Of a stretch of DNA of 64,000 bases, positions 1-12,810 are shown piece by piece (positions within the stretch are counted from its first letter, which is position 1; the number at the start of each line of letters is the position of its first letter). Origin of the DNA: Azolla caroliniana (Eukaryota > Plantae > Polypodiophyta); contig JBHGNT010000003.1 in the NCBI GenBank assembly GCA_043228905.1, positions 4,836,001 through 4,900,000 on the forward strand, given 5' to 3'. Made by a program: the position numbers and the translations under genes. The notes beneath the pieces were generated by a model. That model was not told the DNA's origin. It did not search any database and saw nothing but the letters and a program-made list of their open reading frames with translations.

Positions 1-712
1 GGATCGAATGGCAAAGAAGGTAAGTGAAATGCATAAAGAACTTCAAATTATGAAGAAATATTTTATAAGAAACATTGAGCAATCTATAAGTAAGCTATTG
101 AAATTAGCACTGGATAATGAGGCCGAAAAGCAACTCCCTTGTGTTGCCCTCCTAACTAAAATGTTCAAGTCAAAAGTTGAGAAAAGTTTGACACAGGTGC
201 CTCAAGTTTTGGGAGATAAGTTTGTGAGAATCCAATTATATTGTGAGGATAAAACTTTGTCACACCATGTGGAAAACCAACCTGGTATCACCCTCACCAC
301 TTTGTCACACTCTCATTCAGAGTGTTTAGAAAAATTCTTGCCATTTATCAACAATCTATTTCATGTTTTGACAAAAGTTGCTAAAGTCGGTATTTCCTCT
401 ATGGTACCAATTGGAAGCTCCTTGATTCCTAATTGGACACCCCACCTCAAACTAATGAAACAATACCCTATGGTACAAAGTCATTTTGAATAAAAAAAAG
501 GATATATTTCTAAGTACACTAGAGTGTGATTCCAAAGAGTGGCAAAAGTGCTTGCCATCTATATTAAGAGAAAATGGATGTTTGACAAACCAAAACATAG
601 CTAGGAAGTTCCATCTCTAGCGTACTATCTATGTGAAGGTGAGGGGAGTACTCATGTTGCATGGTTATGCAAGATGCATTGTGAAAGAAAAGGGTTCTTG
701 CCATTAGGATAA
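1..712 (+). pseudogene. 3' end of a TRN1-like Roco paralog (coiled coil + C-terminal domain), disrupted; 5' part lies outside the window
   Basis: ORF 8-493 (EMHKELQ...EKQLPCVALL...RIQLYCED...HVENQPGITLT...IPNWTPHLKL) aligns with the C-termini of the genes at 4585-7268 and 35134-37811. Homology continues past a TAA at 491-493 and an extra A in the A-run to ...AWLCKMHC...PLG* at 712. Confidence 0.88.
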
Positions 713-3151
713 ATTAGATATTGCTATGTGGGTTTAAATAGAAAGGTGTACTTTCTATATTTAATATAAAATTTGAATATTCCTTTATTGAATTTAGATA
801 GACTTTTGCAACTAAGAATAAATTTGAATATAAATTTAAATTATACATTTAATCATATTCAAAACTATTAGGATTATGTGAAACTAATGAGACACTAAGT
901 GATAATGGACATTGTTAATAATGAAAAAATTATTTTTAGGAATCGTATCATATTCTTATGGTTTTCCTTCAAAATATTATTTATAAATTGACATTTTAAC
1001 TTAGTTAAAGTGCTAATCTTCAATATGTAAAGTTGATGGTGCTCTAAGTAATTTTGTTTGAATCAGTATGACTAGATTCAAACCCCAAGTAAGTAATTAT
1101 TGTTGCATTCATTAGAAAAACTTACATAAATATCTTCTTATTTGCTTCTACAAAATGGTTTTGAAAGATTTGTTGTCTAATAAATATAAGTGAAAACAAT
1201 AACATTGTAATTACTAATACCTACGCTTCAATCAAAACTTTGGGTTGTCAATTGATTTGGCCTAGGTTTCAATAAATACCCATGAGTTTTCTCTAAATGA
1301 GCCAACACCCTTAGACATCTACCGAAGTAAAGAAAAAAAATATTTTTCCTTGCTTTTTAAACACTAGGTACGGCCCGACAAGGTCAAATCATTTAAAATA
1401 CTACATTTTATAACAGAAGTTATGAGCTACTCCATCATTCAAGTACAATTATGATTATATATTCAGCATGGGATGTCCCTCAAACACCAACTTGACATTT
1501 TCTACTTCCAAATAAATTTAAGAGTGTGAGCCTTATAACCTTACCAAAAATTATATATAGCATCATCGTTAAAATTATAAAGCATAAAGTTAAGAGTGTT
1601 TGTACAGTTGTGGAGTTATTTCAATGATCACTATGAAACCAATAATACATTAACTAACATTTGCCCATTAGAAAATATGTATCGCAAGATAGAAAAGATT
1701 TTAGCTTTCATAGTTGGGATTGATTGCATCTACAAGTGGCACATAAGTTCTATGACTATGGTTATTGTTGTTGCTCTTATCGTTGCTATTAGCATCTGGG
1801 GTTGAACTATAGTTGTTTGAATGAACCTTTAGCAAAAGCCTAAAGATAAGTGAAAAGGAGATTATGTGACTGCCTTCACATCATCTATCTCTATAGCATT
1901 TTCCGAAGATAGACAAATATGTAGAGTACATGAAATCCCATGGCATTCATTAGAACTCAAATGCATGTATTCACCTTGAAAAAATTACCCTAACATCTTT
2001 GGCAATCAAGGAACCCAGATGCCCCCTCTCCAAAAATGACATGGATGTGGATAGGAAAATAACCATAAGATAGCAAATGAAATATCATCAAAATGTTTAA
2101 CGTGAGAAATGATGGTAATACAGTGATATACTTTAGACACAAGTGTTTGGAAATTGGGGTAGTGGGGCATCTAATTTTATTATCTATTGAAATTTGAGTT
2201 TAAGCATATTGTAAATTTCTTTTTTTGAACAAAAAAATAGGACTGGACTATTAATGTCGTGTATCTTTTAGTTGTTTCGTTTGTTTCTCCGGATCTATTT
2301 GAATATTGTACAATCCTTCAGGTGACGGAGTAAGTAGTGTCTCAATTACTAATTCATACTATCTTTTGCCAAAGATCAAACTATCTTCGAAAAGAGATCG
2401 GTACTTTTTCCTATGATTTTTGAGTTATTTTCCAGCGAGAAGAGTTCCATGATTGTTTTCAATTAATCAAAAGTAGAAGCACACATAAATAAGCAAATGT
2501 CAACGGAAATTTTCCCCTTCGCACAAAAATAAATTGCATATCAATTATTCCTCAATTACTTAGTCCTAGTACTTCCATTCTGCTATTAAATTTGGGGTAT
2601 TACTCATTATGCTATTCTTATGTTATAGAATATTTATACCTTCATAATTTTCGGCAAAGATGAAATACTGATAGTAGCTAACTCAAGAACTTCATCTTGT
2701 AGGCCATCTTGAAAATGAAGACTGAATAAATAATATAACACCAAAGAAATGATATTAATATATTCTTTCCAATCAGATCTTATCCTTTGCATCCAAAAAG
2801 TGCCATGTTGGAACAATCATTTCTAAATTCTAATAATACTCACATCACACACTTATTTCAAATCCATAAATAAGCTTGATGTGAGTTATAAAAGGGGACA
2901 ATATTTTCTTTAATTTACGAAAGCCCATCTAGCCAGGCTGGGTGGGTAAAGGAACACACAGAAGTTTACAAGAAACATAGGCTTATTATCAATCCAATGA
3001 GAGAATGTTATCTATGTAATTCCACATAGCATGAATGTAGTGGTGACATTGAATTAGGTGTAGTAACATTTGTTGTGTTTTCTGACCCATCCTTTAACTT
3101 TCTTCACATAATTTCCATTATCTTCTTTCATTCATTCCATCCATTCCTTCC

Positions 3152-6100
3152 ATGGAGAACCCTCACCTCCTCCCACCCCCTCACAAACACAACATTACGA
3201 ACCTGAATGTCCAGTTCGATGAGTTCAGAGGAGCGCTCGAGAAATCCAGAGCAGCTCTACTCAACTTCTACTCAACCTCAACCTCCCATCAACAACATCT
3301 TGAGGTTTCTCATGATCTGCTAAGCAACCTCACCAATGTTCAAAACCTCTTCCTTGTAGATACCTCACCGTGGCCGGATTTCTATGATAGGGCATATAAA
3401 GAAGAGGTAGAACGTGGAGATTGGAACTGGGGGAGCCGAGACATAATGTTCGATTTGAGCCATGCCGCGACTACGAAACAACAACGGATGGGCATCCTCA
3501 CGGCTTCGGCCAATCTCAGCGGCCGAGCTGTCCATTATAGTCTTTGGAGCATGAATCTAATCGAAGAGGAGGAGAGGGTTTGGGTGGAGGCTCTCTCTCT
3601 CGCTGCAGATCGTGATGCCGCCCCCAGCAGGATCTTCGTCGACGCGAATTCTTTCTGGGATGTCGATAGTCTTGTGAGAGCCCTCGAGAAAAACAAAAAC
3701 CTCCATCATCTTTCCCTGAATTGGACGCGGAATAACTCCTTAATGACACTCTTCACGATTACGGAGTCGCCTCCCTCTGCACCTGTTTTCACGAATTTAT
3801 ATGGTCTTCTAAGTGCCCCCAAGGAAAACAAAGGCTTCCACCATCTTTCCCTTCAGGGGATCAATATTAACTATGAATTTATCAATGTGTTAAACGAATT
3901 CACCTCCCTCACCACCCTCCACCTTCACAGTGTGAACTTAAGCTTACATCCTGGTTTTGTTGAGGAATTAGCGGAGCTTCATCCCTCACATTCACCCCTC
4001 GCAGCCTCTCTCCACATACTGCACATCCATTCCTTTTACCGCATTGACTTGAGAAGGAGCACTGGTTTCCTGCGCCACTGGCCGCAGCTCAAAGAGCTCG
4101 CTCTATACAGTCATGATTATATGACCGAGGAGGAGTTAATGGATTTCATGGATCACCTAGCACCGCCAAAGAAGGGGATGGAGAAAGTTAGCAGCACCCC
4201 ATCCTTACCTCCTCGATTATACAGTCTTCAATTGGGTAAGTTTTCAGGTGATTTAAGTCGATCTGCTACCGCTGCGGTAGTGGATGCACTTTCTCGGTCC
4301 GGCCTTCCATTCTTTGAACCAGCGTGGAGGACTCCTGCCTTCGAACCAGCGGGGAGGAATCCTGCCATCGAGGCGCAGCTGTGGCGGAACCAGCGGAATT
4401 ACATGTTGGTATCAGATTTGACGCGAGTGGATGCGACGTCCATCCGATTGTTTATCTGCGGAGATCCATTCGCAGGTTTAAAACATGAATTGACCACACA
4501 CTCTCTCAAATATTGAAAATCCGATTGATGAGTATAATAAACGCACACTAACACACACTTGCACTGCATTTTGTTTTGGCGCAGGAAAGACTACTCTTGT
4601 ATCCACCATGCATTCCATCTATGGCTCCCCAAGCATGACAGAAATGTTTATGAGAGCCCTGTTTCCTGCGCAGGCTCGCACGAAAGGAATCGAGGTGAGA
4701 GCCATCAAAAGAGACGGAATTCAAGTGTCGCTGTGGGACATGGCAGGCCAACAAGAGTTCCACGCATTCCACGACTGCATGTTCCCAGACATAGCAACAA
4801 GCTCTGATCAGCTTCCATCCATGTTCGTGTTCGTTTGGAGTCCCATGGAGAGCGAAAATCACAAGAAAGGAGGGATGAAAACAGAGTCAAACTTGGAAGC
4901 AAGCTTTAGGTATTGGCTCAGGTTCCTTGCCTCCAAAAGCCGTCTGTCCAACATTGCCCTCAAAGTGATGGTGGTATTCACAAGAGCAGACCAGATGAAG
5001 TCGGTGGCAAGCTCTCTCTCACGTTCCATTGATTCATTTCGATGCGAATTTGAAGGGGTGATTGACATTGTCAATCATGTGTTCGATGTGGATGCAAGAA
5101 AGCAGGATTCTGTGAGATCTTTACTAGACTGCATCTTCAACATTGCTAAAGACATGCTCCAAGGCATTCAGCTGTACAGCATCTATACACAAGTAGGTGA
5201 ACATCTCTCCAATCATTTGAAAAACACAAATGAACGAATCATTACATGGGACGAGTTTACAAATATGTGTTATGCATTCCATTTATCCAGTGACAAAGCT
5301 AAATTGAACGCAATCGCCCTATCCTTGAATGAGTCCGGTAGCATCATATACATAAACGGAATCAGCCACATCATCCTTGATCCCAACTGGTTTTGCAATG
5401 AGATCATGGGAAGCCTCATTGGTTTCTCAAACTCTAAAGCATCTACGGATACTATTGTATTTAACAGTGGATTCCCCCCGCGACGTTTCTTGGAGGATCT
5501 CTTGGAATCCATTACCAAGACTAATGTTAAGGTCTCATTATTAGTAGACTTGATGGAAGCAATGCACCTATGCTGCAAAGTCACCAATAACCATGGTGTC
5601 CCCAATAGAAATGTGGATTGTATCTTTATCCCAGCCTTATTGACAGATGGCTCACGTATGGAGCAACTTCGATGGAGGTCATCAACATGCACATATAATG
5701 TAAATGATGATTCTACTGATATTCTTCTATACATGGGTAGAAGGCTACACTGTGAAGACCAAAAGCTCACATTTCTTACACCAGGATTGTTTCCGAGGAT
5801 TCAAGTATTATTTAAAAATGTCTTCCAAACATTTGGGGACAATAATTCAGAGGTCACATTGGGCAAAGATTTCATATATATTTGTTTTCCCGATAAAGAG
5901 ATCATTATTGTATTTTGCAAATCAAAATCAGAGCATGTCATAGATGTGCTCGTTCGGGCTGATATTCCAACCAAGAGTCAAGAACGTCATACACCAATGA
6001 TGTTAGCTTATGTGGAAAAGCATATCATCGACACCTTGATTACGATATGTGCTCAACCCACTGGCATCCAAGGGGTTAAGCTAATCGAGAGTGTCATCCG

Positions 6101-7268
6101 TCCTGACTGCTTACGTTTTCCATCAAACGCACAAGAAAGAGAAGATCAATGCGTGGAAATAACCTATTTGAAGCAACAACTCAGAAAAAAACTTGAACAA
6201 GGTGAGCAACACTATTATGATTGGAAATGGACTCCTAACCAAAGGTGTGGTCATTTGCAAAATCATTTCATTGATCTCCTTGGTTCTGATATTTATGAGG
6301 AAGTTCTCGCGTCATGTAAAGCATGGCTCGAGCAAGAGGCAAAAAATCTATTATTGTACTCCGAGAATGATGAATTCAATAAAACTAGAGAACGACATAG
6401 CGAACAAAATATGAACACTGGACACTTCGAAAATTGCTTGTTACAACATCTACAAGATCAAAATTTGGAGGCAACAACTAATGTTGAGGTAAGATCTATC
6501 AAGGTCATGGCAAAGGCAATCTCAATTTTACGTCATAAGATGGATGCCAATCATAAAGAGCTCTTGGAGAAGATGGATGCAATACATCATGAAATTCAAT
6601 TTTTGAGGAAAGATGTCATGATCAAGGTTGAGAAATCTATATGTGAGCTATTGAAGTTGGCTATGGAGAACAAGGTTGATATGCGACTCCCATGTGTTGC
6701 CATTATTACAACTAATGGTCATAACAATAACCTTACAAGTTTGGTAACCTCAGTGCTTGGAGCATTATCTGTTCAAATCCATTTGTATTGTGAGCATCCA
6801 ACATTACCACACCCCGTGGAAAACCAACCAGGCATCACCCTCACATCTTGGTCAGAGTCTCGTTCAGAGAATCTACAAAAAGTTCTTCCATATATTAATT
6901 TTTTCTTTTCTGTTTTGACTACAGCTATTAGACTTGGTATTAATTTTGTGGCTCCACTTGCAAGCCCTTTCATACCTGATTGGACTCCCCATCTCAAACT
7001 AGCAAAAGAGCACCCTATGATCTCAAGTATTATTAAATCCAAATTTGGTAGATCTACTTCGTTGAAAACCTCTCATGTATGTCCAAGTACGTCAGAGTAT
7101 TTCAAGGAATGGCAAACATGCTTGGCATTCATATTAGAAGACAATGGAGGCGTGACAGACCAAAACATAGCTGAGAAGTTTTGTCTTTGGCGTGCCAAAA
7201 TAGACAACGATACTCGAGTTGTGTGGTTATGTAAGAAACACTGTGAAGAAAAAAGGACTTTCCTATGA
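3152..7268 (+). CDS. TRN1-like: TORNADO1-like Roco protein A (LRR-like + Roc GTPase + COR + coiled coil + C-terminal domain); exons 3152-4475 and 4585-7268, ~1335 aa
   Basis: Removing the GT-AG intron 4476-4584 joins the two ORFs in frame and rebuilds the P-loop CGDPFAGKTTL. Also present: RTKGIEV, WDMAGQQEFHAFHDCMFP, YWLRFLASKS, TRAD, VDARK, COR motifs ILDPNWFCNEIMG and FLTPGLFPRIQV, and C-terminal FCLWRA...VWLCKKH. These resemble Arabidopsis TRN1 motifs (recalled). Exon 1 has LxxLxL repeats. Confidence 0.92.
4476..4584 (+). other. 109-bp phase-1 GT-AG intron inside the P-loop glycine codon of Roco A
   Basis: ttcgcag|gtttaaa...ctaac...ttttggcgcag|gaaagact. Removal restores the frame; the same position is used in Roco B. 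Confidence 0.92.
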
Positions 7269-7649
7269 AGCATAAACTATACTAATAGAAACATTCTCTT
7301 CTTGGTTTACGAAGGCTGCTTTGGAAATATTATTATAAACTTTCAGATCAATGTACTTGGGCTTTTGGGGTTTAAAATATTTATCTTGTTATATAATATA
7401 TAACAATTTAGCTTAATTTTGTATTCTCAAATAATAAAAAACTGTATAATGATTGCTTTTCCTTGTTTGTAAGTAATGTGTATGATTTATTGGAATTTCC
7501 AATATATATGTCAATCAACACATTGCGAAAGAAATGATGATGCATCCTTTAGAAGCATTAAGTTAGTTTTGTGTTGTGCATGTAGTGCTTTATTTTAGGA
7601 ACAATACATTTAATATGTTATTAGAGTTGTATGATGCATCACATGGTGG

Positions 7650-9290
7650 GTTTTCTAAATGTCTAAATTAGCATTTCCTCCAATAAAAATGAATAAAATC
7701 CAGAATTTCTAAAATAAAAACTTGCGCCATGTTGACTAAGTACATGCCACAAAATTGTTAGAATTGTCCTTGGATATAATACATTCCTTTCTTTGTAGTC
7801 CCTCATAATGAAAATTGCTCTTATGTGTTTCTTGGATGAAAGGCCAAATATATCTACATTGATTCCTAGGGATGTTAAATGGGAACAAGAAGAAGATATG
7901 TTCATAACCTACAATTTGCAATGTAAAGTAGTAAAGTATTGTTGTTTCAAGGTTTGAGATAGGAGTATGGCTATGGTATGGTGACTATATGCAAAGGAAA
8001 TAAATTTAGAGCACAAACACTAATCTAACTATACCACAAAATTAAGATTATAAATTTAGAGTTTCATACGCTTATCTGACTAGATACTGTGAATATTATG
8101 AAGGTTTATGATTGATAGAGTTAGGCTAAAGAATGAAGGGCATTTTAAAAGTTTATCTTATACATTTACTCACAAAAGGGAGAATGTGTATCCCCATTTT
8201 ACTTTACTCTACAATGCTATTTATGCCTTTCAACAATATATATATGAGGATATTAAATTGCAATGCGGTTCCGTTAATCCTCACATATCCATAATCTCAA
8301 TGAACCAATCACCAACAACTAACTACTGGTGTATCATATTTCCAATTTCCAAGATCATTTCTCGAGTTTATAGTTAAAAATTGGCCCAACAATCTCAAGA
8401 TAGATTTTCCATACTAAATAGTGATGCCTAACCATACAAAAGATATATAGCTTACCTTGAAAAAAATAAGGTGAAAATAAATTGAGTTTGTATTCGTCAT
8501 GCATAATTACTTCTAATAAGAACCAAATATTTCTATGAAGTTTTTCCGCAACAATGATATCTTCGTTTCTAATAATTGGGAGTATTGTCTCCATATCCCA
8601 GTAGTAACATATTGTAATGGATCATTGTATGCACATGTTTTGTTAGTTCTGTGATAGATATGAAAATCTATTAGAAAATGAATAGTTAGTGATAGGATTT
8701 TGTACTCATAAACATTAATCTTACAAACAAGGATTTGCACAATTCAATAAATCTAGTACAATTTGGGACACAAACAACTGTATTCATCATTGTCGCCACA
8801 CAATACCAATAAAACCTCATACTCTTGAAAGCGAGCCTAATGAAAGAAAATAAATGTGGCAATGGTTTATCTTTGATTGATATGTGCTCGATTTGGCCAA
8901 AGGGGTCAATAACTCTATATGGGGTGTATAAGTTGGACAATTGCATACTAATGTTAGGGCTAAGGAATTCGTTATTAATCGAACAAATATGCAAGTATAG
9001 TGGTCTAAAGTCGAAAATCATGTCAAATTTAGACCCCTTTATCATATCCAGTTTACTCACTCTTTTTCATGAGAAAATTGCATTTAGTTGCTCCCTCCAA
9101 TTTTAGTTAATAAATGGATGGATTCTTCATATTCTCTCTCTAAGATCATGTGCTATACGGTCTACCATCTACAACACATTGGGCTTTTTCCTTTCTTTGT
9201 CTCTAAAACGATGTATTCCACACAATATCATCCACATACAATGCATCTTATATCACTTTTGTACATTCAAAACCATATTTGAAAAATGTT
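7650..9290 (-). mobile_element. highly degenerate LINE remnant (endonuclease/RT-like traces)
   Basis: Only broken minus-strand peptides resembling L1/RTE motifs (LVLCGD; FIELCKS; NFHYEG). Many stops; boundaries approximate. Confidence 0.3.
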
Positions 9291-9514
9291 CATGAAAAGC
9301 AATAGTTATTATATGAATCCACTCCACATAATGGAGTCAAATGAAAGATTGTTGTATATGATTCGACATATCAAATTAAATGTTGTAGTCTATTATAGAG
9401 ACCTACTCATTATTGGATAAAGATTGTGTCAGAATTTTTGGTTTGTGATTTTGAGTTCAAAGCATGAAGTTACATGGTTTGAAGCTAGATTTGTAAGAAA
9501 GATGAGTCCTTAGA

Positions 9515-9650
9515 CTTCTCCTCATCCAACCTTCTCCTCTAACATTATACTCGTCGAACCTCCTCCACTTTGAACATTCTCCTCATGCAACCTTCTCCTC
9601 TAACATTATACTCCTCTAACCTTCTCTGCCTTGAATGTTCTCCTTCTCCA
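9515..9650. repeat. ~61-bp tandem repeat, about 2 copies
   Basis: ttctcctcat(c/g)caaccttctcctctaacattatactc occurs twice, with a partial third copy. Confidence 0.75.
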
Positions 9651-10337
9651 ATGTCTGAATAGGGAATAAAACAATAACACGAGTGTGTCACCACATAGAT
9701 ATAATTGTGTAAGGCCATATTCGAACCTTACACCTTAGAAACATTGCATTTACCAAGCAAATAACTATTCTCAATGTAAATGTAAATACACACCATTGAG
9801 AGAAATCCTATGTGCACTAAACCAATATATTGACAAGCAACTTGAATTCTCCAACATGACAATTCGAGTTGACAACCCATCCTCTCTAATTCAAGTATCG
9901 AGTGTTCTTGCTCATGTTTCAAACACATACACTATTGTGATGTGAGGAGTGCACATGAGGAAATTATTTAACTTAGATACATAGATTGACATATTCGCAT
10001 TCATCGTGTCTCATATTCGAATTCAAACGAATACAAATACGAATGGGTGGTCAAGTATTCGTTTAATCCCCCAAAAAACAAGAGAACTCTTTCTTTTTTA
10101 ATGTCCTAGGATTAAAAAAGAGGAACTTGACAATAAATAGGGATAATAAAAGAGGAACTTGACACTACTAAATTTATATAATAAATGTATACATATAACT
10201 TATAAATATTCGTTTGAATTTTAATAAATATAAATAAAATAAAATAAAGGCTCATTAATTTCTCACTTTTTATTCCTTCAAAATTTATAGATATGTTTTA
10301 TCTTGATATTTAAAATAATACTTCAAACTAATCATAT

Positions 10338-10895
10338 TGTAGTGGGCCAAAGTTAGGAATAGTTAGTTACTTAGTTGAGTAACAACAAGAACATAATGTT
10401 TGTAACTAAAACTATTATAAATGGAAACTAAGGAATGGACCAAGATGTCAGACTTTAAGTGATTTATTGTATGTTGCATTGGTGGAGATAACAGGCTTTT
10501 GCCATGCTGACCGAGGAGATGGTAGAGTACTCGAGCCGATTTCGTGACGAGCACATAGAGCTGACTCTCCTTACTAGCAGCCGACAATCACCGCCAACAA
10601 CCGATAATCACTCGGGTAACTGTCCACAACACAAAGTTCTCATACACCATTCAGCAACCGGGGGTGGACAACATTGTCCGCATGCAACCAACCTGAATTC
10701 ATAGAACATGCACACATTAACCTTACCATGGAGCAGATGTTTCAGGCGATGTCGACAATGAAGATGCAAGTAAATCATACGAACCAAACACTTATGACAT
10801 GGCTTACAAATCAATCCACATGCGCCACGACCATCAAACAGAAAGATTCAAGAATCCGTCCAAGATCCTTCTTAGGCCTTCCGACAAAAGATGTT
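10338..10895 (+). mobile_element. possible Ty3/gypsy 5' remnant (short LTR-like segment, PBS-like site, gag N-terminus)
   Basis: TG...CA segment 10338-10478 followed by TGGTGGAGA (PBS-like) and a gag-like peptide ...SRIRPRSFLGLPTKDV. Confidence 0.35.
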
Positions 10896-12147
10896 CATAG
10901 AAGATATGTAGGATGTGGCAACGAGTTTAGGTTTAAGATTCTGGCCTTAATATTCACCCTTGAAAGCAGTTAAGGTTACAACATTTGAATTTGCAAATTT
11001 CCATTTCTGGATATTTTTTGGTTTGCCAGTAAGTTAACATGAAAAGTTAATAATTATATTTTAAAAATGATCATAGCTCATATCCGGTTGGGATGTGGCC
11101 AAGATTCATGTTTTAAGATTATGGTCTCCTTCAAAATATTCATTCTTGAAACTAGTTAAGTTACAAACCTATCATTCTTCAATCTAAAAATATTGTTAAT
11201 GAGATGGGTAGCCAAACACCATGATATCCTATAGGTAATTTCTAGGAGAAAGAATGCATTTCCTTCCAATTTTTGGAAAAAATTCTGATTTTGTATGACT
11301 TATGATAACCCATGGGCCATAACTGAGAGAATTCATCATTATACGCTAACATGTGATACCTAAGACTCAAACAGAAGGGTTTGTGTGACTTTGTCAGAAT
11401 TTTGGAGACTCCTATAATATTTGAACCCTATAACATAGAAATCATTCTTACTCAACGTAATATATCTTTTGGAGATGTTTTTATGATTTACTTTTTTGTT
11501 TGTTTTCCCAAATATCTAAAGTTTGTGTATTTTCATATTGGAGAGCAAAATTTGGTATTTGGTTTCAAACTCAAAGCCAACGGTTTGATTATTGTAACTG
11601 AGAAGCAACTCGAAACAATACCATGTGGGATCTGTAGTAGTATAGAGATTGAGATGGTTGAAGGAGATTTTAAAATCTTCAAAGGAACAGGTTAGCTCAA
11701 TTTGGACTCACTAACATCCCAATGAGGGCTCTTCTGAATCTATGTAATCCGCTGAGACAACTCACAAAAACTTGCAAAATGACAGCCCAATCAAGAGGGT
11801 TCATGGAAACAGATGGAGCTTCAGGCAGATGAGGGGCCCTGCAAAAATATGCAAAGGTAAAGGAAACAGAGAAAAGTGGAAATGACCACAGAAGATGGAA
11901 CATTCGTCCATAGAGGGAATGCTAAAACAGAGGTGGAAAGAACAGTCCAAAGAGGGCTCACAGAAGCAGGATAAAGAACAGTTTACAAAGGTGAGATGGA
12001 ACAAACAGCCTGGACAAGGCTCACTAAACCAGGATAGAATGGCCAAAATGGGGTTAGCCGAAGTTGAATGGAATAATGGCCCTTAAGAGGACATACTAAG
12101 GTTCATCTGCTCCATGTTCTCCATCTATTTCACTACTATATCAATAG

Positions 12148-12767
12148 TGTTCCGAAACTTAGTAGCACTTAAACACTTATGTAAAACAGAAAATATGTTG
12201 TGCAAGATTTAAAAAGGAAACAAGAAAGATACACAACAAATCAATACACAATACACCACAAATTTTTAACATGGAAAACCCTCAAAGAGGTAAAAACCAC
12301 GGGACCTAGTCCAAAACTAATTCACTATCAATATAAATCTAATACACCAAAGTTCTACTCTAAACAAGTTAGAGTACTATGAGCAATCGAGGAATATGAT
12401 GTTTCCTCAAAAATAAAAACTCGACAAAAAGGAACGCAAAAACCACCAAAACTCACAACACGTGGCTGATGACGGAGGCGGCGATGTCCGAGTGTTTGAG
12501 TGTGTTGGTGTACTTCAGAAAGATTGAAGGAATTAGCTAAGAAAGAGAGTATGTGCTCTCTGAAATCTGTTTTTCTCTGTTACAACCGAGAAGTGCTTGT
12601 TTTTCCCCTTTTTTTAACACACTCCAAAAAAGAATGCGTTACATAGTGTAGATATGTAAAGTCTTCTTGTGTGAACCCCTTTCACACTATTTTTAAAAAA
12701 TACAAGTTTTGGGCGTCCAAGGCCCATTTTATTTACTTATTAATGTGGATACGAAAAAAACCTAACA
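12148..12767 (-). repeat. copia 3' LTR (620 bp)
   Basis: Direct repeat of 16740-17357, roughly 97% identical by eye; differences are mostly transitions. Confidence 0.96.
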
Positions 12768-12810
12768 ATCTCCCCCTCTAGCCACATAGGAGAAGATTCC
12801 ATTGAATCAC

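Noticed and set aside
4608-7268. 886-aa ORF as a stand-alone gene (likewise 35121-37811)
   Set aside because: It lacks the first half of the P-loop and is exon 2 of a spliced gene.
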